NCBI GenBank assembly: GCA_964016885.1
Contig: OZ024740.1
Location: 87,358,001 to 87,422,000 of the forward strand
Source of the DNA: Eledone cirrhosa
Lineage: Eukaryota
Length of the DNA: 64,000 nt
Direction: 5' to 3'
The position numbers and the translations under genes were made by a program. Shown piece after piece: positions 39,761 to 53,109 of the stretch. The notes under the pieces were generated by a model, which saw nothing but the letters and a program-made list of their open reading frames with translations, had not been told where the DNA came from and ran no database searches. Each line of letters starts with the position of its first letter. Positions within the stretch are counted from its first letter, which is position 1.

Positions 39761-39870
39761 CTGATGGTGTGTATCAGGGATATTCTTTTTTTGCTATTAT
39801 ATCTATAATTGCATGATGCTGCAGTTTGTACTTATGTACAACTATGGTTAAACTGTCACTAGATGCATAT
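39761..39870 (-). pseudogene. ATR: ATR-like exon (110 nt, phase 2-1, one TGA)
   Basis: ttaattttag| ... |gttatg. YASSDSLTIVVHKYKLQHHAIIDII vs ATR FASSDD...DYLQPKLLGIL. Confidence 0.55.
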
Positions 39871-40957
39871 CTAAAATTAAACATAAACAGTATATTGCAA
39901 ATATACAAACAAGACCTTGATTGGAACTACATCAATGCATTTAGAGAGGTTTTCACAAATGACTTGCTAATGAAAAACATTTGGGAGAATTCTTGCTTAT
40001 TTTCCTTGAAAAACCCTTTATCTACCTAGACCATTATTTCCTAACCTTTTCACTACCTGGACACCAGGTTTTTGAAAGGTCTGTTTACTCAACAAGTTCA
40101 CAGAAACTGAGTACAAACTTTATGGATCACATGCTGGGAATCTCTGATCTAGACCTAAATTTTAATCCTGAATAGTATTTCTAACTCAAAATGCCAGAAA
40201 ATATTAACACTTTCAGGACAAGAGTGCCTGTAATGTAGTTTCATAACAAAAGCAGATGTACGATGTGCAAATGCTAATAAAATTTCACTATTTCTTTGTG
40301 GTAAAGTATCATTTTAAAGAAATTTTAAAGAAAATCTTTCTTGACCATTCAAGGTTACAAGGGAAGGGGAGATAACCTGATTACAACTATCTTGATTTCT
40401 GACACTATCCAGCTAGATACAAGCTGACAGGTAGTGAAATGATTCTGCTTTCAAGATGTGTAGCGTTTGTATATAGTAAATTTGATTAGAGACTAATAAA
40501 TGAAACTATATAAATAACAAAGCAATCATTCTTGCCACACAACAATATTTGCAGTTTAGAGGAATGTTAATGAGTACTCTCTTATTTTTATTATATAAGA
40601 ACTGCTCTGAGAATAGTCAGTTCTAAGTAAATCAGATCAAAGAGCCAGCCACATGTAACAAAGTATTAGTAATTCAATTGAATGATGAAAGCTACAGTAG
40701 CTTAAGACCAGATGCTTCAAAGAAGCTATTTTAAGCCACAAATCTACCATATAATACATAGGTGTTATTTCCCCAACAGCTGAAAGGTTAATAATACAAT
40801 GCACAAGACCTGGTGCACTAGAGAGACAAAATGTTTACTATTGAAAGTAGTAATTATGCTGGGAATCTCTACATGGTCATTCAACCTTCGAGATTTATCA
40901 TTCAAATATCTCATAATACATCCAGATGTCTCTAAAATAAAGAAGGATACTCTAGAC

Positions 40958-41246
40958 CAGCACTTCTCAACTGGTGTTCCTTGGAACCCTAGGGTTCCAC
41001 AAGAGGTCACTGAGAAACTGATAAATAAGCTAATGCATTTTTTAGTAATTTTTGTTTCAGTTTATATTCGTAATTTTACTATACATGTACAGCATATTAT
41101 TGGAAAATACTTGGTTTGGTTATTATAATAAAGGCTTCAACCTAATATAAAAGAGATAGATATTAATAATGGTATATAATAATTTTTATGCGGGGGGTTC
41201 CCTGAAACATGAACTATTTCAAGGGTAAAAAGGTTGAGAAACCCTG
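40958..41246. mobile_element. hAT (Charlie-like) MITE
   Basis: TIRs CAGCACTTCTCAAC / GTTGAGAAACCCTG; perfect 8-bp TSD CTCTAGAC (40950-40957, 41247-41254). Confidence 0.9.
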
Positions 41247-41514
41247 CTCTAGACAATGTAGCTTCTGATATACAAAATAATGGGATGATCAGCTGGAATG
41301 TATTGGTTAAAGAGGAGTAGTTTTCCTAACAAATTCAAAACCATAAAAGATTAAATAGATAAGTTCATCTACAGAAGTAATCATCATTGATAGATAGCAA
41401 TGTAATGAGAATTTTTTTAAGTTCATCCAATGTTTACCCAAAAGGGAACACAGAAGATTGATGGTTATCTTAAATTTCTCTCTCCTGAATTTAACATTAA
41501 ATTTCTTTAAATTA

Positions 41515-41710
41515 CAAGGGTCAGCTGAAAAGTTCATTGGCTGAACAAGATAATCTCATGAGGTTTATTTTTCAAAAAAATTAACCAAATGAGATTTATT
41601 TTTCAGCATGCAGTTATTAATAAGAAAGTTGAAATTAATGCATGCATGATTTCACAGTTCTAGCATTACTCCTTCATAGTCAGCCTATGGAACTTTTTAG
41701 CTGACCCTCA
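41515..41710. mobile_element. mariner-type MITE
   Basis: TA|CAAGGGTCAGCTGAAAAGTTC...GAACTTTTTAGCTGACCCTCA|TA; ~30-bp TIRs. Confidence 0.85.
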
Positions 41711-44404
41711 TAGTATGCATCTGACCACAATTTTGATAGGTTACTAAAATGGTAAACACATAATCTCTTACTTTTTACAAACTATTGCAATTACATTCAA
41801 TAGATACCATAACCATTTCAATTTTGATCCCCAGCCCTGGTCACCCATACAAAGATCACAGTAAATAATCTCTGTCAATTAAACATAGGGGAAAATAGAG
41901 AAAGAAGTTGACAAAAGCCATGGCACTGTCTTTACTAAAGAACATAGAGCAGTTATGTAAGATGAACACTGAATTATGCAGAAACTGTGTAAATGACAGT
42001 AGTAAACAGAATATCAGGATATAATCAAACATAGTTGGTATTGGAATACTGACTAGTGGATGCAATGTGTTAAGAAATGATACCAGTGTTTCTCTTATCA
42101 GCTAACAAAGTTGTCATTATTTTAAGATATATCATTTTGGTAACTATTTACTTGCTGTTTATTTACACAGAAGTTATAGAATTGACAGTCTTTAGATCAT
42201 CAGATAGATTAAGTTGTGTTATTTGTTCCAATTCTGAATACTATGACTTCAAATCCCACTGAAGTCAACTTTGGCATCTTAAATATTGACTCCAAAAAGA
42301 AGACAGTCAATTACTGAGAAAGTGTCTGGTGGTGTATATTACAACCTTTCTAGGGTGGATGCCATAATAAAACACACCCAGTGCATTGTGCAGTGTTAGT
42401 GCTGGTGTCATGAGGAAATGCATACAGCACTGGTGCTGACATATAGGAAGGGCATCCAATTGTAGAAAACATAGGAAATATGGAACATATGAGCAAGATG
42501 AGCTCTCTCCAAACTGCCTGACCACAGACCGTAACATGCCATCCAAACCATACCAGCATGGAAAGCAGATGCAATTATGATGATGCTATGAAAAGCATTG
42601 CGAGAGACCACGCAGTGTCCCTTTCTCCAGAAATGGAAAAATATTGAGCAAGGGGCTAACAAACTCTTCTCAAAGAAAAATTGATAAGCTACCGAAACCA
42701 TCCAAGGACAAACCAATATACAGTACAGCACAGATCAAAAATACACAAGACTATTTATATATATATTTGTATCTCTATATCAGCAACATATGAAACATGA
42801 AACGGCAAACATCCACTCAAATTGACAAAGCAGCAAAAGCCATGAAATTGCTGAAGCAGAAGTCTTAGCTGGCTAGTGACCAGTTAAATGACATTGATAT
42901 CTGTTTCAAGTTTAGATTTATTTATGAAAGCAAAGAAAATAATAAAATAGCCTAACAGTGAGAGGGGAAATGAAAACAAATACCAAGTGTTTCAATAGTT
43001 TGACATCAACATCAAGGAGATGTGTTGGTTGATGTTTAATAAGGATGCTTTTAACAACTATATTTAGAAACTAAATATAGCAAGAACCAGTTTATCAAAC
43101 AACAATGACTAGCATAATTTGAGAAGACAAAATTTTACTTTTTATATATCCAACAGCACAAAATTAAAATTAAGGAAAAGAACATAGCAGTGTTTGTCAA
43201 CACTATCATTTCAGATATAGTCAAAGATAGCTTTGAAAGTAACTGGCTGACGAAAACTAGGTTTTATTTTGTTGTAATCATTAATGATATAAAACCTCAA
43301 CTAAGTAGAGGGAAATACTCATTTTCCTGCAAAATTTTACATGTTATTCTACTAAAAAGAACAAAAATAATCTTTAGAATCAAGCAGGTTTGAATGTATG
43401 GTTAAAATGTTTGCTTTGCAACCATGTAGTGTCTGGTTGAATCCCACTGTGTGGCACTTTTGGCAAGTAAGCGTCTTCTACTTATTGCTTCTAGATAACC
43501 GATGCATTGTCACTAAAATGTTAAGGATGCTGTAAAAAGACTGCCGTGTGCGTGTGTGCATGTCCCCAGGTGTATTTTTATTGATACCTGTTCAGTAGTA
43601 ATGACATTTGTTTATGTCCTGAAGCTCAGCAGTCTGATATGTGAAAAAACAGCAGAGTAAAGTACTATACTTGAAAAACAAGAGCTGATATCAGAAAGGG
43701 CATCTAACTATAGAATACTATATTAAAAAGTCTCACCCAACTCATGCAAGTACAAAAAAAAACTCAGACATGAAAATGATCATGCTGATGATGCAATCTT
43801 GAAGGTTATCTAGTATAATTTATCTCTTATTGAAAAGGAGAATATATTGTTTATTAAACCAACATTCTCCTCCAATTAGATAAGTCTGAGATGTCTAAAC
43901 AACTACTTTTACTATCTAAGTGAGCAACACAGTAAACTAATAATATATATGAAATCATTAATTCAAAATACACACACATGCACAGAGAGAAAGAGAAAGA
44001 GTGAAAGAGAAAGATAGAGAGATAAATAGATAAGTATTGATACACAATAGACATATAGACATTATGTATGTATACATGTGTGTGTGTGTGTGTGTATGTG
44101 AGGGAGAGAGAGAGATAGAGAAAGATAACTCAATATATGTTTGTACATCAAATTGAGGAATATCAGATTGTGAGACTGACTTTTTTTCTAAGTGAATATA
44201 TAAGTATCCATCTCTAACAGGCAAAAAGTAAATGTAACGAACATGTTCATCTTTAGTAACAAACTAACCGAAATATCAACATCAATGATGAAGCAATCAA
44301 TAATACTGAACATAAGCACATCTTTTTGCAACCCAGGTTAACGTCTAGATCAGAAGAGGTAGTCTATCACAGTAACAAAAATAATATTAAAAATAAAGAT
44401 TAGA

Positions 44405-44722
44405 GTAAAGTTCCCCTTTAGTCATGAATGACCATGGGGTTTGCACCTAGAAAGTTTCCTTCCAAGGCACAAGTCCAGGCAAGGTGTTTTTGTGGAAAAT
44501 CAGCATTTGACCTTGCATATCACTCTCCATGTCACTGATGCAATCTAAGGGAAAAGCAAAGACTGGTACACCAGTAATGTTGCAACTCATTTCTACAGCT
44601 GAATGAACTGGAACAATGTGAAATAAAGTGCCTTGCGCAAGGATACAATGCATCGCCCAGTCCGGGAATCGAACTAATAACCTCACGATTGTGAATCTGA
44701 CACTAACCACTAAGCCACAAAC
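44405..44722 (-). mobile_element. SINE related to family B with a different 3' region
   Basis: tRNA head and CORE-like block (CTCATTTCTACAGCTGA...GTGAAATAAAGTGCCTTG). Confidence 0.7.
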
Positions 44723-47464
44723 CTTCGCAATAATCAAGATTAGACTGTCTACAATGCTCTATGTACCTTCCATATTTCCTATGTTACGAATGTGAATAGA
44801 AAAATAATTGATTTTAATGTTCTGCTACAAGAAGAAATACCTTGGTATGAAATCGGTAAGGAGCTGCAATAGCTATGATCAAACTGATGTCTTTTCAATT
44901 TAAAATAGCCCAAACTCATTACTGTATACAATCTAAGATATTTAATACCATCTGACACGTTTACATGACAGCAAGAATTAGCCTACATCAGAACGCTTAA
45001 AAGAAAAGTGCAAAATACTCCAGTTGTTTAAATTACCAAAAGCACAGATGCTTGTTTAAAACAGTAAAAATAGCAGCTGAAAGTAGCATCCCCACCCTCA
45101 GGTAGCTGGTTCCACCTATGCTGCTCAAGGTGTTTATTATCTCAAACTTAGAGATAACCAAAAGTGCATGTTCCTCATACACAACATGCCTCTGCCCCCC
45201 CCCCCCCCCCTCCCCCCTCACATACACTCACACATATACAGAATAACTTGTTTCACAATCAAAATAAATAACGTATTTATTTAGAGTTCCTTATACCACA
45301 TGTCTGCTACAATTCTTGGATTTGGAATATTAAATTTTCCATGTCAATTCAGACAGTTCTACATATATCTTAAAAGATAATATGCTTGTATGACAAATCT
45401 AAAGTTATGCTGGTATTTAACATTATTCGAATTAATTATTTTTCGTTTTCATTATACTGGTTCTTAGTCCTATCCTGTCACCATTTTTCCAGTAACAGAT
45501 AATGCAAAACATCACATCCAATGCTACAACAATTCAACCAACTCATTACACTAGACTGGATGAAAGAATAAAAGGCAAAGTCAACCTCAGCAGCATTTGA
45601 ACACAAAACAGAAAGGGATGGAATAAATACTACAGAATATTTAATCTAATGATTTGACAACTCTGCTAATTCACTATTTCATTGGATAGATTTTATATAA
45701 ATTTATTTTAAATCATATTATTAATTAATAAAGAGCAAGATAGTTGCTTTCTTATACAGTTTCTAATTGTTAGCTCAAGGATTATGAAAAATTTTAATTC
45801 TTGACTTTTGTTAAATATTCTAAATAACAACCCTTACAAACAAGTTTTGTATGAATATGCCAAAACAAACTTCATTAAACATAAAGATAACATAGTAATT
45901 AAGAAGATAGAAGAATGCCAACTGCAGATTTTATATTAACAATTAAATTAATGATTATGGTCATCACTCCTTATATTTACTTCTATGAGCACATTTGCTG
46001 TCAAAGAATGGAAACACTGTAGAGGTGACTCTTTAGGATTACAGAAGGCATGACAACCTCTCTAGTGTTGGTATCATGGTAAAATGTACTCAGTTTACAT
46101 TATAAAGCAGTTGGCAAATGAATGAATTCAAAATAGGGTAGAAATTAGGTTTTAGTCTTACTGAAGACATGATAACCTCATTAGTGCTGATACCATGATA
46201 AAATTCACCCAATATATTCTGTAAAGAGGTTGGAATTAGTTAGGGCATCCAGACATAGAAACTATAGCAAAAGTGGAATACAAGGACTATATCCCAAAAT
46301 AATTATCACTCACTTAACTTTAGCCCCAAGGATTGTTAGGGTGCTGCATTAAGCTGTGTATCTTGGGCAAAACAGCCCAATAGGGCCCATCTCTCTCTCT
46401 CAGATTGACTACTATTGATATCCTCTAGCTAGATGCTTCACTCTAGTCAAGGACACATGGCCATTGAGTTTCTTCTAGGAAACACATACCCCTCCTGGTT
46501 GTTGATTCCAAAGACAGAGAAAAGTTTCTGTCCTGTGATGTTGTGTCAACATCACCTCTTCATGTTATTTAGCTGAAGCAGTCTACCAGGGTGTGGCATT
46601 AGGTAAAACTTAATACAATGTTTAGGACTGTATCACCAAACTACTTGACTGGGATTTGGTGGTTTAGTGCTGCTAACAGCACCACTCTGAAGGCAGATCA
46701 ACAAGCTAATGATGACAGATGACAGATTCAAAACAAGCTGGACTATGGAGTGCTAGATTAAAGAGGCCCAGCATGTACTATAGCATTGATTAAATAATAT
46801 TCTGATCAGTTGCTGCTATTCAAGTAGTAGACAGCTTTTATTTCAAACATCTGCTTTCTATCAAATTCTGACTATTGTTGTTGTTGGATTTTTGATTTTG
46901 TTTTTGTTTGTTTTTGTTTGTTTTAAACAAAAAACAATTGAATAAGAAACATGTTGGAAACAAATTCCTCCAACAACATCTTATCTATAAATTAATGAAC
47001 AAACATATTGACTAATAATTCAGAAAACCAGCATAAACTACTTTTCTCATTGTGATTCTTGAAATTGTTAACTTGAGCATCAAGTGAGTAGCAAATATTC
47101 CAATTGTTGCTAAAAATAGAATTTGTTAATCTCAGACACAAAACAGATTCCACAAGTAATCAATATTTGACTGACATTAGTTAAAATTTGGTCCAAATTT
47201 GATTACATTATGGAAAACGAGAGCGCTTTAAAGAACAATGCATAGATACAAGCATATCAAAATATTTCGGTAGTTGACCTTTTTTTTTTCTACCTTATCA
47301 AATGGAACATGAAAATTACATATTAAAAATGACACGTTCATGCTAATTATCAGATAAAATTTTATTGCTGAATAAAATAAAAATTAGAGCTACCATAGAA
47401 TCAATGTCACTTCATAGTTTTATATGCTAATATTTTATTGGATATATTTCATCTTATTGTTTAC

Positions 47465-47668
47465 TTCAGTCTAACATTATAATCACTTGGAAATAAATAA
47501 TATGTGAAATCTATTTCTTTGATAAAGATTATCTTTAGAGGGAATGTCAATAAAGAATTTTTCATGCAGAATTTAAACTTCTTTTTTCCTTCTTCAACAA
47601 TGTAAAATACATGTAAAATAAAAATTATAGAGCAGTTCCACAGTAAAAATGTTTCTTCAGAATTTCTC
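47465..47668 (-). pseudogene. ATR: ATR-like exon upstream of UME (open, 204 nt, phase 2-2)
   Basis: atattcttag| ... |gtaaac. FLLWNCSIIFILHVFYIVEEGKKKFKFCMKN aligns without gaps to ATR ILINNFKYIFSHLVCSCSKDELERALHYLKN. Confidence 0.65.
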
Positions 47669-47826
47669 CTAAGAATATGAGCAATCAAAAAGTTAAAAAT
47701 ATAGATATAGCCTAACTAAATAGATAAGATAATTGTTTATTTTCTTTTGTTAGTGATTTTACAATTGTAATTTTACTCAAATCAGCTTTCAAAGCTGGCG
47801 TGGGTTGGATGGGTAGTGACCATTAA

Positions 47827-48087
47827 CCCATTAGCATTTAAACCAGCCATATCTGACAAGAATTATCTCATATTTTTCTGTTCAAACCGGCTCTAACTGG
47901 CCACTCATATTAAGGTACTGCTCTCGAAATAAATAGCATCAAAATCTCATAGATTTGATATTATGTGAGATAAAGCATGTACTATGAAAATACAACACTA
48001 TATATATATATATATAGTGTTGTTGATAAAATAAAGTACCAGTAATGCATTGGTAATTGCTGGCCTTGTGCCAAAAGTAAAAACAAC

Positions 48088-48176
<89 letters not shown>

Positions 48177-48193
48177 ATGTAAATGCTAAAGGG
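47827..48193. mobile_element. piggyBac-type MITE with nested SINE 3' fragment and (TA)n/(GA)n
   Basis: TTAA|CCCATTAGCATTTA ... TAAATGCTAAAGGG|TTAA; SINE A tail at ~48024-48088. Confidence 0.9.
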
Positions 48194-49017
48194 TTAAAGA
48201 CTAGATAGGCCAGTTAAATGCATCTTGCTCATACTATCCATATTTTGAAACAGTTTCTATGGCTGGGTGCTCTTCCAAAAACCAATCAGTTTGAAAAGTA
48301 TACTAGCTGCATTTTATTATGTCACAAATACTAACACTTTATAAACTGCACTGGGTGTATTTTATCATGGCATCAGTACTATTATTTTACAAAGCATTCT
48401 AGGTGAAGTTTAGCAAGGCATGAACATTGTGTGTATATACTATTTCAAGTATCACATTGAAGCTGAAACTGCAATATGGCAACACCATTCGAATTATTTG
48501 AGGTAGTCCCTAAGCACTCAATGATGTGAAAAATGAATTAATTCCTCCATCAGAGTGAACACATTAAGATATTCAAGGGAAACACCATGAATAATAAACA
48601 GACTGAGCATATGCAGCTATTGTATATTAACAACAAGGATGAATACACAAATACTAAAAGTGAAATACATATATAATGTAATGTCCCAATGAATCATCAT
48701 CGACATCTGTGGAGTAACATGGGCTGTCAGCATCAGAGAACCAAGACACTTTTTGGTGTCACTAACTTAATAGGCATGATAGACCAGAGGCAACTCTGCA
48801 GCCTTTAATGCTTGTAGCCAAGAGTAATTGCTCATGCCCTACCCCACCTACTTCTGATCAATTTATCTTTCCTTACTTGCATGGGATGGGCAGATTATTT
48901 TTGTCAATGCTTTATGGCAGATGTCTACCATCCTGTCACTATCATTTCAAGTGGTCTATTAACATTTGCAGGGTACATGGCTTACCTAATCTGAATCTGA
49001 GATACACCTGGTGTGTG

Positions 49018-50256
49018 TCATCATCATCATCATCGTTTAACGTCCATCTTCCACGCTTGCATGGATTTGGACGGGAATTTTCCCACTTGAGGCAAGATTG
49101 GTTGTCTTGCTCGTATAGGACTGTCTGGCGGGTTTTCTACAGCTGGATGCCCTTCCTAACACCAACCACGTGTACAGTGTAGACTGGGAGATTTTTACCG
49201 TGTTACCTACACGGCCACATTACAGTGTGGACTGTGTGTTTTTTTGTCATGACACCTACACGACCTCATTTATTTTGGACTGGATGTTGTGGTAACAACA
49301 TAACTTTACGTCGAAAGGGGTGGTGTGGATGGGGTAGGGGTAGTGGGACAGGGGTGTATTTTTATTAAGAGGTACCTACTGACTGTAGGTTTTGCTTTGT
49401 ACTTAGGCAAGGCGGGTCTTCCGTATTACTGTGTAGCGCCAAAGATCTCAGTCCAGTGACTTTGTCTTGGAGAGGTGTAAGTGTGTGAGGTCGGAATTTA
49501 TCAAGTCGTCCCAGGTTTTTCTGGGTCTGCCTACTCCGTGGTTACCGTCTATTTTAACGCCCTGCACTTTTTTATACAGCTGTCGTCTTTCATGCGCATC
49601 ACGTGACGATACCAACGTAGTCTTCTTTCGAGTAAATAACATCTGATCCCTCTTATTCCTAATTTCTCCCTTAGTTCATTTATGCTTTGCCATTCACGTA
49701 TATTACTATTACACATCCAACGGAGCATGCAAGCTTCGTTCCTCTCCAGTCTGCGTATATCCTCTGCACACAATGCCCAAGTCTCACTGCCATGTAACAT
49801 TGCTGTTCGTATGCAGGCATCATACAACCTGCCTTTCATTTTTAGAGAGAAACCTTTAGCGGCCAATAGTGGTATAAGCTCTCTGAACGTTTTCCATCCC
49901 ATTCTGACTCTAGCTACTGTACTTTCAGAGCACCCCTCCACCACTGCTGATTTTGTCACCCAGGTAACGGAGGGTGTTCACTATTTCTATAGAACCATCT
50001 GTGCAATGGAATGAGCTAGTATTCTGTGGGCACTTGCTGCTACTTATTGCACCAGAGCACCGGCCACATATAAAATCTATATTCTTAGTTAGCTTACCTG
50101 TGATCCCACTACATCTTTTATGCACCCATGCTTTGCATTTGGGACATAAAATGGAGTTTCTGCCTACTCCTTTCCTACACACTGAGCATGTTTTTGATTC
50201 TAGGCCATGCTTCCATGTTTGGAATTTCTTCTCTAGTTCAGCCATTGATTCAGCTG
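49018..50256 (-). mobile_element. RTE-clade LINE, 5'-truncated (same subfamily as 12919-14921)
   Basis: Near-identical coding and 3' UTR sequence to the 13-14 kb copy; frameshifts and an internal deletion; (TGA)n tail. Confidence 0.95.
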
Positions 50257-50285
50257 TGCGCGCGCGTGCGTGCGTGAGTGCGTGC

Positions 50286-50357
50286 GTGTGTATAGCTCAG
50301 TGGTAGAGTATTTGACTGCAAATTGAGAGGTACCTGGTTCAAAACCAAGTATTCCAT
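50286..50357 (+). pseudogene. tRNA-Cys(GCA)-like pseudogene
   Basis: GTATAGCTCAGTGGTAGAGTATTTGACTGCAAATTGAGAGGTACCTGGTTCAAAACCAAGT closely follows the metazoan tRNA-Cys pattern; acceptor stem broken. Confidence 0.7.
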
Positions 50358-50369
50358 TCTTTATATGAA

Positions 50370-50439
50370 GGCCAGTCTGCTCAGTTGGTTATAATGGCAT
50401 GCTTATAAAATATCATGGGTTTGATCCCCATTTTGGCCA
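50370..50439 (+). pseudogene. tRNA-Ile-like pseudogene
   Basis: GGCCAGTCTGCTCAGTTGGTTA...GGGTTTGATCCCCATTTTGGCCA resembles tRNA-Ile(AAT); anticodon arm decayed. Confidence 0.5.
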
Positions 50440-50514
50440 TGTGAATTTTTCCCATCTACCTTTTTCAAAATTCAGAGATCATAGCTCCAATAATATGAAC
50501 ATGTGGTTAAAACG

Positions 50515-50740
50515 TCTCTGGAAAGAAGTGCTTGGCAAATTTTATGGGCAAAACAAGCCAGTAGAGGACCTAGACGTATACCTCAAGCAAGATAGTTAGA
50601 TAACATCCATGAGCTCAGCTGGTCTCAATTGAGGATCCAGCCAGATCAATTGGATGGTTGCTTCTGACAGGACCTGCATAAAGACATGCTTGAGAACTCT
50701 GCCCTGCAACCCTCCCAGGAAGTGGGCGAAGAAGAAGAAT
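50515..50740 (+). mobile_element. Old RTE (Expander-like) 3' fragment
   Basis: Homologous to 33905-34080; ends in a (GAA)n tail. Confidence 0.55.
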
Positions 50741-50954
50741 AGAACCTTTCCCGGCAGGAGAACATGGACATAAAGTGATGATGTGATGATGATGGTGATA
50801 TTATATATTACTCATCTACTGCTTTCAGTTATTGGTCTGAATCTATGCTGAGACACAGCAGTCATGGGTTTTTAATCCATCATATCAAACCTAGTACTTA
50901 TTTTATTGCTCATTAATTACTGTTATGATTAATTACAAAAGAATATGCCTGTTT

Positions 50955-51143
50955 ACACTAGTAAACACACACACACAATAGCAGTAAACTGATGCATACA
51001 TACATACAATAGTAGTAAACAGACACACACACACACATAAATACAATGGTAATAAAGACATGCACATACATATACAATGGGAGTAAATAGTCACACAAAC
51101 ATCTACACATATTCAGACACTTACACAATGTTAGTAAACAGAT

Positions 51144-51176
<33 letters not shown>

Positions 51177-51232
51177 CAATAGTAGTAAAGAAACACACAC
51201 ATATACATACAATGATAATAAGTAAAACACAC
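50955..51232. repeat. Degenerate minisatellite (TACAATAGTAGTAAACAGACACAC-like units)
   Basis: Repeated ACAAT-GTAAA-(CA)n blocks. Confidence 0.7.
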
Positions 51233-51774
51233 ATGTTGGACCTTGTTGTTATCTTCTTTAAAATGAGAACCAACTTAACTTTTTGTTTGATACACTTTTA
51301 CTCTTTTACCTGTTTCAGCCATCCGGCTGAGGCCATGCTGGGGCACCGCCCTTGGGATGTTAACAATTCTGCAGCAAATTATATAAAAATAATTGTTTTT
51401 ATAAAAAAAAGCCTTGTCTGAAGGTTAACTTGATTGGCTAATGCCCTGCCTCTGATGGCCATGAGTAAAGACCTTGGTTCAACAACTATATAATGTCCCT
51501 GAAATATAGCTTTCCTTCCTTTATCCTACAAAGTTGACAGAAGATTCAATATCTACTCTATATTTGAGTAGTTACAAGTAAAAGGAACACCCAACAGCAA
51601 AAAATAATTGTTCAAACAGTAAGTAAATATCCATATTGTGAAAATATGCTAACATATATATGAGTATACCTAAAACAATCACTTCTCTATAACCAGTTAG
51701 CAAAATATGAATTATTGAATTCTTTTAAATACAATGATTTTCAAACTGCTCAATAAAGTTGTTATAGCACACAC

Positions 51775-52051
51775 CTGCGCAGGTTTAACCGACATCCTAA
51801 CACAAACTGGTCCAGCTAAGAGTTTAGAAGTAGAATACTTTTCACATGCTAATTAGAAAATAACAATGTTTCAGTTTTGCCTAAATCCTCAAAAATCTAC
51901 TTGTTTCCTACTTGTTATACAAGTAGGAAAGGTTGTCTAATACAACGCCCTGGAAAAAACAGATTTTTCTTCTGAAGTGATGACTGAACAATTCCTGAAC
52001 AGATCCAAATCCAAATTTACAAGAAACAATACAAAGATTTTCTTCAGTTAC
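51775..52051 (-). pseudogene. ATR: ATR-like exon, HEAT region
   Basis: ttttatatcag| ... cag|gtgtgt. SVQELFSHHFRRKICFF vs ATR KLQSFFSQYKKPICQF; after a frameshift FVLGCRLNLR vs IRTLGKQLNVNR; end phase matches the 47668 exon. Confidence 0.65.
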
Positions 52052-52154
52052 CTGATATAAAAGAATGATAAACTTGAGTATATACATATAAAAACGATAG
52101 CTTAAATACCTAACTTCAATGCAAGTTCTTGTAACAGCTGGTATATACATACAT

Positions 52155-52185
<31 letters not shown>

Positions 52186-53109
52186 AACACGTGATTAGAA
52201 GCTGGTGATGGAATTTGAAAATTGGACAACAGAAAATAGTCTAATAATAACGGACCGTATAACCCCTAGAATGGAATCAAATGGCCATCATTTGTAGGTA
52301 TGTATGTGTGACTTGTTAGTCATGTTCACCACATGTCTGCTTTTGTGTAAATTTGATACAACTAATGAATCAAAGGAACATTTATGTGCTCCAGCAAACA
52401 AAAAGAATTCTGTACTATTATTTTTATATTGTATTTATTGGTTTGGAGGAATATGCCATAACCAACATGTTTATTATTTATCTTAAACATTTGCAGAGCT
52501 GCAGGAAAGACACAGGGAGGGAATTAGGCAACATGTTTTCTTCACTAACATAAATTATTTCTTCATGTTCAGCTCATACTACAATTGGCGTTGAACCTGA
52601 TTTAATACTACTGGCACTGAAAAAAAAAGAGACTAACATTTTCTGTAGATACTTGTATATAAGCTGAGAAATATATGCAAAAAAAATTGATGGTAAAATG
52701 GAATTTGCTTACATTTGAGGTTACAATTTTGCCGATTTTACCAACTTAAATGAGGTGTTAAAATATTTTTGCTTAACAGTCAAACTTTTAACATGAAATT
52801 CATATTTCCTATCTATTTTAATCTTTTGAATGAATATGGCCTTCAAAACGGTTGGAAATTATGTAATGGAGTTATGAAACAAAGACTATACTCTAAACAT
52901 CACTTAAAACATTTTGAATATCAAAATATTAAACTTCACAAATATATTCTCCACTCCATAAGTATTTCAAAACTGTACCATCTAAATATGTTTTGATTAC
53001 CTGCCTCAGGTTATAAACAGGGTTTGGATTTTTGCCTATTTCTCAGACATAAACAGGGAGTCAGCTTATAATCAAGTATATACGGTAATTAAAAGAAATG
53101 TTCAGTTAC

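Noticed and set aside
4207-39870. In-frame TGA/TAG rescued by selenocysteine, readthrough or A-to-I editing
   Set aside because: All three stop types occur along with several frameshifts. Editing can only turn stops into Trp and cannot repair frames, and I recognised no SECIS.
38352-40175. Plus-strand ORFs 38352-38585, 39826-40029 and 39981-40175 as a separate gene
   Set aside because: No motifs or plus-strand splice support; the first is antisense to an ATR-like exon.
45033-45227. Minus-strand ORF with a donor-like end as another ATR-like exon
   Set aside because: No polypyrimidine acceptor (G-run upstream), no similarity, and the flanking exons already join in phase without it.
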